A stretch of 64,000 nucleotides of DNA from Eledone cirrhosa. Taxonomy: Eukaryota. Under the pieces are notes generated by a model, which made no database searches, had not been told where the DNA came from, and worked only from the letters and a program-made list of their open reading frames with translations. The position numbers and the translations under genes were made by a program. Where the stretch lies: the NCBI GenBank assembly GCA_964016885.1, contig OZ024748.1:27528001-27592000 (forward strand). The letters are read 5' to 3'. Every line of letters starts with the position of its first letter. Position 1 is the stretch's first letter. Shown in pieces: positions 30,961 through 44,361 of the stretch.

Positions 30961-31235
30961 CACGGGACGAATATCGAGTACTGAACAATTTATTAATTCG
31001 TTGTTTCTCAGTCAAACACCTTCTTCCACATTGTGGAGCCACCTAGTTGTCGTGAACCCATTCAAGATATGTGTAGAAAGTTCACCTATGATAGACTGGC
31101 GTCCTATCCGTGGCCGGGATAATACGTACTTCTCCATCTCTGAAACCGGATGTAAATATCAGTTCTGAGAAGTACCAACCCGGTTAGCCATGAGAAACAT
31201 ACACATACACATCAGATATTACATATGTCATTTCA

Positions 31236-31348
<113 letters not shown>

Positions 31349-31349
31349 T

Positions 31350-31406
<57 letters not shown>

Positions 31407-31517
31407 CATATATATATATGTATTTTTATATGTGTATGTATATATATATATACACACATATACATATATATATACATATACTGTATATGTACACACACAC
31501 TCACACACACACACACT

Positions 31518-31568
<51 letters not shown>

Positions 31569-31579
31569 CTATATACACA

Positions 31580-31681
<102 letters not shown>

Positions 31682-32190
31682 TACATATATGTGTATATAG
31701 GTACGTATGTGAGAGAGAGACAAGATATGTTCGTGTTAATCCATGTCTAGTTGTGTCTGATGGATGGAACAAAGGTGAAGGAACACAGACAGTTTCATAC
31801 ACAGTGACGTCACATGATGTTGTTGGAGAGTGTGAGTAAGGGTGGTGGTGGTAGTGGTGATAGCAAGACGGGGGGGGGGAGAAAGAAGAGAAGGGAGAAT
31901 TGATACACGAGGTTTGAGTTGTGAGAGAGCATATTGGAAATTGAGACGGATCAATAATTACCTTCTCCGTGAACTTGAAGTATCCATCAATGGGTGAATG
32001 GACAATAATGTTTAATTCTCTCTCTATTGAGGGTAGCAATAATTGCAACATCCAACCGACTGTCAAAGCTGTCTGTTGAGTGCAACAATGTTTGGGACAG
32101 TCGAACATCCGCCCGACTGTGGCGTGGATTCGAACGCTGGTTTACACACATACACAAACACATAATTATATATAACTATCTATATCCATG

Positions 32191-32620
32191 TCTATATATA
32201 ATATAAAAGATTGGAACTCCCATCACCCTTGCGATGGCACACGCTTAATAGCCATGCTATGAAGGTCACTCTTCTTGGAGACAATCAACAAGAAGAATTT
32301 ATTCCCAAGATTCCTATCATCCCTTTCTCTACCGAGCTGCCGTACACATTCTCAAGACTTCAGTTCCCTGTTAGAGCCAGTTTTTCTATGAGCATAAATA
32401 AAGCTCAGGGTCAGTCTCAAAATTGTAGGATTGAATATGAAAGGATTGCTTTTTACCCATGGGCAGTTATATGTAAGATGTTCTCGAGTGGGAACACCTA
32501 GAAATGTTCATATAGTATGCATGAACGGTAAAACGAAGAATCTGGTGTATCTGGTATATCGTTTCCTCTTCTACTGTCTTCTCTTATCTGTTTACCCGGG
32601 CAAATTTGAGTCTCAACTAG
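32191..32620 (+). mobile_element. Deleted Helitron with helicase C-terminus and both termini
   Basis: Starts TCTATATATAATATAAAAG; FIPKIPIIP..LPYTFSRLQFPVRASFSMSINKAQGQS..FTHGQLYVRCSRVG; ends CTAG followed by T. Confidence 0.85.
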
Positions 32621-32632
32621 TATATATATATA

Positions 32633-33340
32633 TAAGCAGAAGGGATATTCAATTTGTTGGTAATTCAACAAATATAAATGTTTGTAACTGATTCAGAGCA
32701 CTCAACAGTTTTTCTGGAGTATAATATACAATGATATTAAATAAATGGAAACTATATTTATAAAACCATATTTATTCTATTATATATATTTCAAGGGTAC
32801 CAAAAATTTTGGTACGCTATCATCAAATAAAATACGAAGTGTGTTTTATAAATTTTGACATAACCAAGGAGAATATACCTTAACGGTTCAAGTTATCTTT
32901 GGATAGTGAAAAGAAAAGTCAGATATTTCAAATTATTAAGATGAGTATGCAAATGAGGTTCATGTAAAAGGGCTGAAAAAAACGTTATTTTAGACGCTAT
33001 AATTATGATAAGTTATTGTATATGTAGGAAAGAAGAGGAAGGAAGAGGAGCTAGCATTTACGTTAATTTGGGGGGAAAGATTTATTTACCTATATTATAA
33101 GTTATAGTATTGTATATATATAATCAATTAGATTATATGAAGAATTATGGTTGTAAGTATTTTTATCTTATTACATTACGATAGGTTATATGTATATAAA
33201 TATCTCTCTATATATATTAATAAATTGCGTATGTATTAGTTGTTTATATATCAAATATGAGTTACGAATTTTGTTGAATTCGTATTTTACTTAAAAATAG
33301 GTGGTTCAAGTTGTGAGAGTAGAACAATTTGTGGATTCAA
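32633..33340 (-). mobile_element. HHR family H1 element with degenerate core (UUGAUGA)
   Basis: Aligns by eye to 57537-57960; TCATCAA at 32820-32826 replaces TCATCAG. Confidence 0.65.
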
Positions 33341-33622
33341 AAATTGTGTTCAATATTGTAGGTCGACTTTGCTTGGCCACAGCCAAAGCTTCGATTTTAC
33401 TAAGCTTCCACTTGTATATATATGTGTATATATATAATAGTTAAAATAGAAAACAAAAACAATAGCGAAGAATGTAGTACAAAGTGTTAGCATTAGGTTC
33501 ACGTTATATATATAAACACGCACGCAGAAACACCAGTGCAAGTGTCTATAGGCGAGATATCAGATTTATTATTTTCCTCAATGTTTGCATGGATGTATGT
33601 TTGTATGTTCGAATCTTCTTGT

Positions 33623-33765
<143 letters not shown>

Positions 33766-34334
33766 CGTGCGCGTGTGCGTGTGTTTGTGTCACTTAGTGA
33801 AATAAATAATAAATATATAAGTAACTAACTATATAAACATATATTTAACCCAGGCCAGATTGCTTGTTGGCAGACGACAGGTAATGTGTTTCTTGTCTGT
33901 TATGGAAACAGGAATACAGTAACCCAGTAAACCGCTATACCAGTAAACTAGTTATTTTACAGTCGCTAAAGAATAATCATCTCTCTCTCTCTCTTTCTGT
34001 TCATTTTCGGACACTATTATTCACTTTTTTATTCCTTTTTACATCGTAAAATTTCGACAGCTAAACCGTGAGCCGACACATATACATACGCGTACAGATA
34101 AAACGTTGTATTTGTTACAATGAACAAACTTTAAGTGGAACTGAACTCAAATGAGTTCTCAATTTGCCATGCTAAATAGAAGACACACACACACATAAAT
34201 GTAATCTGAGTTTTTCGAATATTAATAATAACATTCGATTCGTTATGCAAACAAGCCTCAATTTTATAGGCATGTCAGTAGAATGAACCCTTCATTCTTG
34301 CTCTTGTGTTGGCATGCGAACCGCATATTATTAT

Positions 34335-34520
34335 TAGTGGATTGGCAGTATCGGTAGAGGGTCGGACGCCATGCTTTCCAGCATAGTTACGTCCCTTTAC
34401 GATCTGAGTTCAAATCCCGCCGAGGTTGACTTTGCCTTTCATCCTTACGGGGTCGATAAAATAAAGTACCAGTAATGAACTGGGTAATTGCTGGCCTTGT
34501 GCCTAAAGTAGAAACAATTA
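34335..34520 (+). mobile_element. tRNA-derived SINE (family A)
   Basis: A box TGGCAGTATCGG, B box GAGTTCAAATCCC. Confidence 0.88.
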
Positions 34521-34578
34521 TTAATATTCGAAAAACTCAGATTACATTTATTGTATTCAGCCATGTAGAGCGAAATTT

Positions 34579-34628
<50 letters not shown>

Positions 34629-34815
34629 TTATTTATTAAAATAACAGATTAAAGTTTAAGCAAAGAATCGCTGCTTTCACCCAAAAGCAGCGATTCTTTG
34701 CTTAAACTTTAATCTGTTATTTTAATAAATATTTGCTCTACGGTTCTTATATATTTGATATATATTTATCCTTATCGAGCCCTCTTTGGATTTTAGTCTT
34801 CAAATTTATTATTAT

Positions 34816-34892
<77 letters not shown>

Positions 34893-35179
34893 TATATATA
34901 TATATTGTTATACTTTGGGAGGGTCATGTTGCCAATAAAAACACGCACCTCTTGGTTTTCACTTCAATTTATTATAAGTTTCCGGTTGGTTGGCTAGTTG
35001 GTTCGATAACCGGAAGGTTGTTTATATACCGTCAAAGCTCTTACGTTACACATTCTGTGAACTCCCCAGATTGTAGAAAATGATGTAAATGGAATTTGCC
35101 CCTTGAATAGGAGCAAATGTTGGAACAGAATATAAAGGATTAGGAATAAGACAAATAAAATCAATTCGTGGTATGATAA

Positions 35180-35480
35180 TAATTGTTTCCACTTTTGGCA
35201 CAAGACCATCAATAACCAGTACATTACTGGTACTTTATTTTATCGACTCCGTAAGGATGAAAGGCAAAGTTAACCTCGGCTGGATTTGAACTCAGACCGT
35301 AAAGGGACGAAACTATGCCGGAAAGCAGGGCGTCCGACCCTCTACCGATACTGCCAATCCACCGATGATAATAATTGTTTCTACTTTTAGGCACAAGGCC
35401 AGCAATTACCCAGTGCATTACTGGTACTTTATTTTATCGACCACGTAAGGATGAAAGGCAAAGTCAACCTCGGCGGGATC
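35180..35480 (-). mobile_element. Family A SINE, one near-full copy plus adjacent partial copy
   Basis: Sequence match to family A. Confidence 0.85.
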
Positions 35481-36459
35481 TAATCGAACTAGCTTATAGA
35501 TTTAGAAGGGCCCTAGACAAGTTCAAATTCTTTTTAAAAAACTATAATGAGAGAAAAGTACATAATGATATAGAATAGTACAATTGCAGGCACTCCTAAT
35601 TTTCAAGGTTTATTTATTCTAAGCAAATAAAGGGTTTTCATTAAGTGGCTGTATTAACATGCTGTGTTAAAGTCAGCAAAATGGTCGTCAGGTGTTTACA
35701 GTCACACTCACACACAAACCGCATGTCCGGGACACCTTTTCTTGTGTTGCCACACAACTCCGTTTGTTCCCCTATGTAACGTTTTGGGCTACTCTGATGT
35801 GCAAGTTCGTATTTACAACATACGATCTTTGTAAAATCATGGAGTGGGTGATAAACAGCAATGTTAGACAAAATATAATTGTCTGACTCGTTAGACTCAA
35901 AATATATATATAAACACAAATAATCGATCATCAAGGTTCAACAATTAATACATTATTTACTTGATCTACCTATGTTTCATTCTGCAAATAATATTCTTTA
36001 CAATACCTCTATAGAGAAATCATCAGGATCAAGTATATACAACATGTAAAAGATATTTATTTACCGCCCGATTGGTTGAAGCAACAAAATGTACACAAAG
36101 GTATTTCTCGAAGATGGAAGGCTGGAAGTGCCAGAATTATTTAACGGTACTGTTCTCAATAGTTATTCTGTCAGGTATTTTCAGCACTTTTGTTTTGACA
36201 TTGATATACTATATGATTGTAGTTAGTACAAATACAGTATTATTTATTCACTGAAGTTACAATCGAATTTAACCTCAGTAAACGATGTTATAAGTTAATG
36301 TTATAAAACTCTATGGAAGCAAGTAATGGCTAAAATTATCTAGGGGTTATCAGCGTTTATTCCAAGTTACGTACCAGTTTATTAACCCATATCTATATAT
36401 GTAGCACAATTTTACACACCCTTATATCATTGGTCGGTGCTCACTGGGGTGGGTGTGTA

Positions 36460-36578
<119 letters not shown>

Positions 36579-36622
36579 AGAAATTGTTTTAGCGAGAAGC
36601 TAACAGTATTCCATAACATATA

Positions 36623-36752
<130 letters not shown>

Positions 36753-37449
36753 TGTGTATGTAAATCACACACATAAATATATCTTTATGTATTTCATATA
36801 TATATATATATGCATAGCTGCGTGTGCGTGTATGTGTGTTTGAATGTATGTGTGAATGTACGTATCCGTGTATCTGTGTGTTTCTGTGTGACTGTGTGTA
36901 TCCATTATATATCGCTCTTTATATCCATATATATATATCTTCAACATTCTCCCGAACCGTCCTTCATTGAAGCTGGAGTTATTTCTGTTTGATCCCACTG
37001 ATTGAGCACACCTATTATTATCAAAGCCACTCCAACCGCGAACATTAGATTTATTTTTTGTCTTGTGTTTAGTATTTATAGCTTTTTTAGAATTACATTA
37101 TTTCGTGTTATGTAATCTAAGATTACATTGTGTGTGTATATATGTGTGTGTGTGTGTGTCTGTAAACGAAACTTCCTCGTTTTTTTCTAATATATATATA
37201 TATATATATATGTGTGCGTGTGTATTGTAACACAATGTTAGGATTTGTTGTGCATTTGGCTGTTATTTCTATTGTGACTGCTGTATATGTATATCGGTTG
37301 TAAATCAGAGAAAATTGTCGTTAAATATAAATAATATTTTACAAAAAAGTGTCACTTAAATGATAAACCCAACTGTTTCATTGATAGAGATCGATAACGT
37401 AACTAAGATATGATTGAATAAAAACTCTAAAGCAATTCGAAGCGACTGG

Positions 37450-37625
37450 GAAAGTCGATTAAATCTACCTCAGTGCGTCACTGGTACTTTATTTTATCGA
37501 TCCCGTTAGAATAAAAGGCAAAGCTAACCACGGCGAGATTTGAACACAGAGCGTAAAGGACTGTAAGTATATGCCACAAAGCATCGTGTCCGACACCCTA
37601 CCGATTCTACTGCCTATCCACCACT
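37450..37625 (-). mobile_element. tRNA-derived SINE (family A, diverged)
   Basis: Sequence match to family A. Confidence 0.75.
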
Positions 37626-37869
37626 CTTGGAACCAATACAATAATGGAACTGATTAATCTCGGTTGCTACATCATATCACTCATTCTTTCGGACATGAGA
37701 TATCACTTGGATCCTATTCAAAGATCAGCTGCTGGATACATGGCTGTGTTATAACAACTGTCTGCTCAATATTTCAAGGACCAGCTGGTGGTTATTTAGC
37801 TGTGTTATAACAAGTGTCGACTGACCATTTCATAAACTGGGGCACACATTGCACACACACACACACATT

Positions 37870-37930
<61 letters not shown>

Positions 37931-38376
37931 ATACCAAATAATAACACTAAATTCATCGTGTCACCTACCCACACACCACACACATCATATCACATATTCC
38001 CACAACACACACACAGTACACATTATGTGGCGTGTTCCCACAACACACAACATCATCATCATCATGAGGAGCAACAGCAGCAGTGGAATAAAGATGTCTC
38101 ACACGGAATCAGCAGGTATAAGACATCGTACACGACAAGGAGAGAGTGAGAGAGAGAAAGAGAGAGAGAGAGGGGGGAGAGAGGGAGAAAGAGAGAGAGA
38201 ATGGGGTGACAGAGAATGAACAACAAAGAAAAAGAAAGTGAAAGAAAGACAGATAGGAAAGAGAGAGTTAGAAATATATATATATATATATAAAGATTGA
38301 AAGGTAGAGAGTAGGGTGAGAAACAGAGAGATAACATTGAGTGAGAAATTATACAGTATTTATACACACACACAAC

Positions 38377-38424
<48 letters not shown>

Positions 38425-38622
38425 GAGAGAGAGAGAGAGAGAGAGAGCGGGGAGGTAACATTGAGCGAAATCTAATCAATCCCGACCCGAATGCTGTCGT
38501 CTGCCAATGGCAGAAACTTTGATGGATGTAGCGTGAAAATGGAATACAAAGCATCATGGCCGACCACGCTGTTTCTCCATATTATATATGGATGTACATA
38601 TACACACATACACGACTATATA

Positions 38623-38661
<39 letters not shown>

Positions 38662-39294
38662 ATATAGAAGTTAGAAGTGTGTGTGTGTGTATGTGTGTGT
38701 GTGTGTGCGTATATTGTTATATATATATATATATCAATATACGCACACACACACACACACATACACACACACACACTTCTATATAGATATATATATATAT
38801 ATATATATATGTAAATATGTATGTGTGCATATATGTATGTATATGTATGTGTGTGTGTGTGTGATGGTGTTTACGTACTTGTGTATATATATGTATAGGC
38901 TCATATGTATGTATATATGAATGTACGACACAGGTATCTCGAGAATCCTTTTCAAATACACACACTGATTCACACACACAAAGACTCACATACTCACATA
39001 AACATAAACACATACAAGCACACACATTCACATCTTTTATTGGACTGTGGTGTGCCTGTATGTGTGAGTCTGTATGTGTGTGTCTGTATGTGTGTGTCTG
39101 TATGTGTGTGTCTGTATGTGTGTGTCTGTATGTGTGTGTCTGTATGTGTGTGTCTGTATGTGTGTGTCTGTATGTGAGAGTGCGCGTCCGTGTGGCTGTC
39201 TGTGCGTCGGAAAAATTGACAGGTAAACAACAGGAGGAGGAGGCTGAGGTAGTGGAGGCGTTGGGGGAGTTGAAAGAGACAGAATCCAGTTGTG

Positions 39295-40170
39295 AGTGTT
39301 GGTGGTGGTGGTGGTGGTGGTGGTAGTGGTGGTGGTGGTGGTGGTGGTGGTGGTGGTGGTGGTGGTGGTGGTGGTGGTGGTGGTGGTGGTGGTGGTGGTG
39401 GTGGTGGTGGTGGTGGTGGTGGTGGTGGTGGTTGTGGTGTTGGTAGTGATGAGGTGGTGATGGTGGTGGTGGTGGTGGTGGTGGTGGTAGTGATGGTGAT
39501 GTTGGTAGTGATGGGGTGGTGGTGGTAGTGGTGGTAGTGATGGTGGAGGTGGTAGTGATGGTGGTGGTGGTAGTGAAGGGGTGGTGGTGGTAGTGGTAGT
39601 GGTGGTGGTGGTGGAGGTGGTGGTGGTGGTGTTGGTAGTGATGAGGTGGTGGTGGTAGTGGTAGTGGTGGTGGTGGTGGAGGTGGTAGTGATGGGGTGGT
39701 GTGGTGGTGGTGGAGGTGGTAGTGATGGTGGTGGTGGCGGTGGTAGTGATGGTGGAGGTGGTGGTGGTGGTGGTAGTGGTGGTGGTGTTGGTGTTGGTGG
39801 AGGTGGTGGTGGTGATGTTGGTAGTGATGGGGTGGTGGTAGTGGTAGTGGTGGTGGAGGTGGTAGTGATGGGGTGGTGGTAGTGGTGGTGGTGGTCAGAT
39901 GATTGGAAGAAAGAAAACAGAAAGGGAAAGAAGGTTGAAGAGAGAAATGTACAACAACAACTACTCTACTACAACAACTACTACTACAACAACAACTACT
40001 ACAACAACAACAGCTTCAACAACAACAGCTACTACAACAACAGCCACTACAACAGCTACTACTACAGCAATAGCTACTACAGCAGCAACAACAACAACTA
40101 CTACCGCTACTGCTACTACTACTACTACTACTACTACTACTGCTACTACAATAACAACAAAAACAACTTA
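39295..40170. repeat. (GGT)n then (ACA/ACT)n trinucleotide repeat expansion
   Basis: Direct reading. Confidence 0.95.
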
Positions 40171-40276
40171 TGATTCCATGAATAAGGTATTATGAGAGTG
40201 CAGAAAAGATGGAGAACAAGAGAAATTGAGAGAATGAAATTATGATTAAAGGTAAAAAATGTTATCATTATTACTA

Positions 40277-41597
40277 TCGCGTACATCGCGTCCGTCATCA
40301 ACTATCGCCTGGCCGTCGTGCCATGACCAAAGCCTCGCCTGGCAGCACTGGAGCGTTTGCTCTTTCGCTTTTTGTTGAAGGGACGCGCTCCGATGGTCAG
40401 GCAGTTTATCTGCTGTCGAGACCCGCAACGTGAAGGGCCGGGCATACCCTGGCTAATAATGCGCAAACATGCGCTCATGCTACAGCATCTCCACCTCTTA
40501 CTTGACCGTGAACAGGTGTGGTCACCGCTTGCTAGACGTGTTTTTCCCCAGCACGTCTCATTGACGGAGCTTCAGTCCTGGGTCAAGCCAAGACCGAGAG
40601 GGAGGAGCACTTGAAGACTGGAATGTCTTCCGGCGCGGACAACCCTCAGCCAATCGGGCATTACGATCGGCGTTTTATAGAGGGTTAATGTAGGGCAAGA
40701 GCGACGACATCCTTGGAGAGACTTTGGGCGTCGATGAAAATCAAGTAGCCAATCTTTTCCGGAGAACTTTCGGGCCGGGTCCCATGGACAATTTCTACCG
40801 ATGAGCTTCGCCAGTTTGGGATAAACTCTACAGATATGGAAGTGCCGTCAGTCGAACCTGTCCGAGATACACGCAGAGCGACGAAACCGTCCTGCACGCA
40901 CTCGTCCAGTTTCTGAGCATTACTGCTTTGTGGGTTTATGTAGAACACCTGAATCCATGCTTTCTTTGTTAACTACGAAGGGTTTACAAAAACATATATT
41001 AAGGACAGCACAAGACAGTACGAGACGGTACAAATATGGGTTTCTGCATTTACAAAAAGCAACAACAAACAAATAAATATAAGATTGCTCACCGCTTTCC
41101 TTTAGCCGAGATGGGCAGGCAGTTTTTATCTGCCTGTTGGCCATGGTGAAAGAGGTCGTGTGGTGGACACGTTTAAAAGGTCTGAAACGTGCACTTACTT
41201 CTTCGGCGATGCCGTGATTAACGTTTTCAAATTTCATTTGAAAAGGAAAATCAGGGTGGAGAGGGAAAGATGGGTGAAAGAGGGGAGCATGATCCGTGTG
41301 AATGGGCCTGCTCTGAGTATGTGCCTGTACATTGGAGGTGGAAAACTGGGAGAGGGCATTTGCCCTGGTGGTCAGGTTCACCGTTGCTCCACTAGAGTCC
41401 CTCGGAAGTCTTCCCTCTATTGGGGAACTTTCCTTTGTTTTGATTTTTTTTTTTGTTACATCCATTGTTTTAGTTATTTATTTGTTTGTTGTTGCTTTTT
41501 GTAAATGCAGAAACCCATATTTGTACCGTCTCGTACTGTCTTGTGCTGTCCTTAATATATGTTTTTGTAAACCCTTTGTAGTTAACAAAGAAAGCAT
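40277..41597 (+). mobile_element. Tx1/L1-like LINE 3' fragment interrupted by an inverted copy of its own 3' end
   Basis: LFRFLLKGRAPMVRQFICC..GPGIPWL..HALML and FKFHLKRKIRVERERW..RVNGPALSMCL; 40957-41079 is the reverse complement of 41475-41597. Confidence 0.75.
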
Positions 41598-41608
41598 TAT
41601 TATTATAA

Positions 41609-41800
41609 GGGCGGTGGATTGGCAGTATCGGTAGAGGGTCGGACGCCATGCTTTGCAGCATAGAGTTACGGCCCTTTATGGTCTGAGTTCAAATCCCGCC
41701 GAGGTTAACTTTGCCTTTCATCCTTACGAGGCCGATACAATAAAGTACCAGTAATACACTGGGATAATTGCTGGCCTTGTGCCAAAAGTAGAAACAATTA
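41609..41800 (+). mobile_element. tRNA-derived SINE (family A), near full length
   Basis: GGGCGGTGGATTGGCAGTATCGG (A box)..GAGTTCAAATCCC (B box)..AGTAGAAACAA(TTA)n tail. Confidence 0.9.
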
Positions 41801-42203
41801 TTATTATGAGCTGGTGAGAAATTAAGAACAACATGAATATAAAGATGCTCATTGAAATTGAAAAAATAATTGTTACATTAAGAAAGAGAAAAAACATAAT
41901 GAACAGCAGGGAGCAACAAATTTGCCCGCAAACTGTCCCACCCATAACACACACAGAGTGCCATACAAAACACACACACAGTGCCATACACAACACACAC
42001 CACACACTACACACACCACAGATACACACACACACACACACACACACATACACACACACACATACACACACACCAATGCTGTCAATACAATTAACCATCT
42101 TGTAGGATTTATGTCAAAAGGTTCTGTGCATTGCTATTATTGTTGTTTATAAAGAAATCATTATGTGGTTGTTTTTGCTGTTATCATCATCTTCGTTATT
42201 ATT

Positions 42204-42585
42204 ATTGGCAGTATTGGTAGAGGGTCGGACGCCATGCTTTGCAGCATGGAGTTACGGCCCTTTACGGTCTGAGTTCAAATGCCGCCGAGGTTAACTTTGC
42301 CTTTCATCCTCACGGGGTCGATGAAATAAAGTACCAGTAATGCACTGGGTAATTGCTGGCCTTGTGCCAAAAGTAGAAACAATTATTATTATTGGCAGTA
42401 TCGGTAGAGGGTGTGACGCCATGCTTTGCAGCATAGAGTTACGGCCCTTTACGGTCTGAGTTCAAATGCCACCGAGGTTAACTTTACCTTTCATCCTTAC
42501 TGGGTCGATTAAATAAAGTACCAGTAATGCACTAGGATAATTGCTGGCCTTGTGTGAAAAGTAGAAACAATTATTATTATTATTA
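42204..42585 (+). mobile_element. Head-to-tail dimer of family A SINE
   Basis: Two ~185-bp units, the second starting in the (TTA)n tail of the first. Confidence 0.9.
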
Positions 42586-42639
42586 TCATTGTTTTTCCTT
42601 TTCCTTGAGTATTGTTTCTGTTATATGCCGGAGTGTCTT

Positions 42640-43340
42640 CCTGACACCTAGGGCAAATAAACTCACTGTATACATTGGTAAGCCAGTTAACGCACCAAAT
42701 TGGTTATAATTTTCAGAGAGATAGTGCTCTTCTCAATATGTGTGCAGTACCAGCCAAAACAATTTTTTGTATTTCTTGCAGAGGGTAAATCAGGAATCAT
42801 TCACAAATACTATTCTATCCTTTCTTAATCATTCCCAGTGCTCCCACAATCACTGGTATTGTAACGGCCTTGAGGTGCAACACCTTTTCGATTTCAATTA
42901 GCAGATCTATATATTTTCTTAGCTTGTCAAATTCTTTTGCCGCGATATTGTGATCACATGGGATGCTCATATCAATCAATAAACAGACATTGCTATGTTG
43001 GTCTTTTACAATGATATCTGGTCTAGTAGCTTTTATGATCCGGTTAGTATGTACAGGAAAGTCCCAAATAATCGTTACTTTTTCTCCTTCAGTTACAGCC
43101 TCAGGGTGATGATTGTACCACTTGTCAGCAGCTTTGATTTTATAATGCCAACATATTACCGTGTAAGATATTGGTCAACTTTGTCATGTCTAGATTTATA
43201 CTCTACTGGTGCTAAAACTTTACATCCAGAAACTAAATGGTCCACTGTCTCAACCTCAACATTGCAGAATCGGTACTTTAGGTTTATTCTATTTCTCATC
43301 ATATTGGCCTGGTAATTCCGTGTCAGTAATCTTTGATCAA
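42640..43340 (-). mobile_element. R4/Dong-like LINE 3' end (CCHC plus RLE)
   Basis: Minus strand DQRLLTRNYQA..YRFCNVEVETVDHLVSGCKVLAPVEYKSRHDKV..RPDIIVK..CLLIDMSIPCDHNIAAKEFDKLRKYIDL..IPVIVGALG. Confidence 0.88.
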
Positions 43341-43930
43341 GGCCGTGTTTGTAGCAAAGCCGTGTTTATAGTAACACTGTGTTTGTAGCAAAGCCGTGTT
43401 TATAGTAACACTGTGTTTGTAGCAAAGCCGTGTTTGTAGTAAGACTGTGTTTGTAGCAACACTAGGTTTATAGTAGATGTAAATATTTGTAGCGAGACTA
43501 CATTCGAGTATAGCGAGACGTTGGTTGTAACAAAACTATGTAGTAAAACTTTGTGCAGCAAGACTTTCTATATAGTTTGACTACATGCATTACAAAACTT
43601 TGATCTGAACAAAACTATGTTTGTAGCAAAAGTGATTATCCGTAATAAACCTAAACGCGTTTATAGTAAGACTTTGATCTCAGCAAAACTGTCTGAAATA
43701 AGATTAAATGTAACAAAATGTTGTAGCAAAACTATCTTTTTAGCAAGCCTGTGTATATAGCGACTTTATATTTGTAATAAGGCTATATTTGTAACAAGAC
43801 ACCTATGTAGCAAGGTTTTGATTGTAGCAAAACTGTTTGTAGTAAGACTATGTAATGTAGTAAAATGATATTTGTAACAAGAGTATGTAACAAGGTTGTG
43901 TATGTAGCAAGATTAAATTTGCTTAAATAA
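43341..43930. repeat. ~18-bp minisatellite TGTGTTT(G/A)TAG(C/T)AA(A/C)(G/A)C decaying rightwards
   Basis: Clear units at 43341-43470, degenerate TGTAGCAA/TAGTAAGAC units thereafter. Confidence 0.75.
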
Positions 43931-44225
43931 GCTTTCATATGCAGAAATATTATTAGATAATAATGTCGCATGGCGGTCTCTATAATTTTGTCTGGTTCAA
44001 ATTTGTCAGATTTACGTTTGAGGCTGTGAAATACGGCTTGTTTATTTGTAACTCTATACTACAAACGGCAAGTAAAGTGTCGACAACATTTCCGACTGAT
44101 GGGGCATTGAATTAGCTTCGATCACTCAACATAGATGACTTTGTATCGTCTGTTTGCCTGCTTGGATACTACATACACACATACACACACACACAATATA
44201 CATATATACACACACACGAGCACAT

Positions 44226-44257
<32 letters not shown>

Positions 44258-44302
44258 ATCTGCTCGTGTGTGTGTGTATATATTATATATATGTATATGT
44301 GT

Positions 44303-44361
<59 letters not shown>

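Noticed and set aside
41609-41700. tRNA gene
   Set aside because: A and B boxes belong to SINE heads; no complete cloverleaf and followed by a SINE body.
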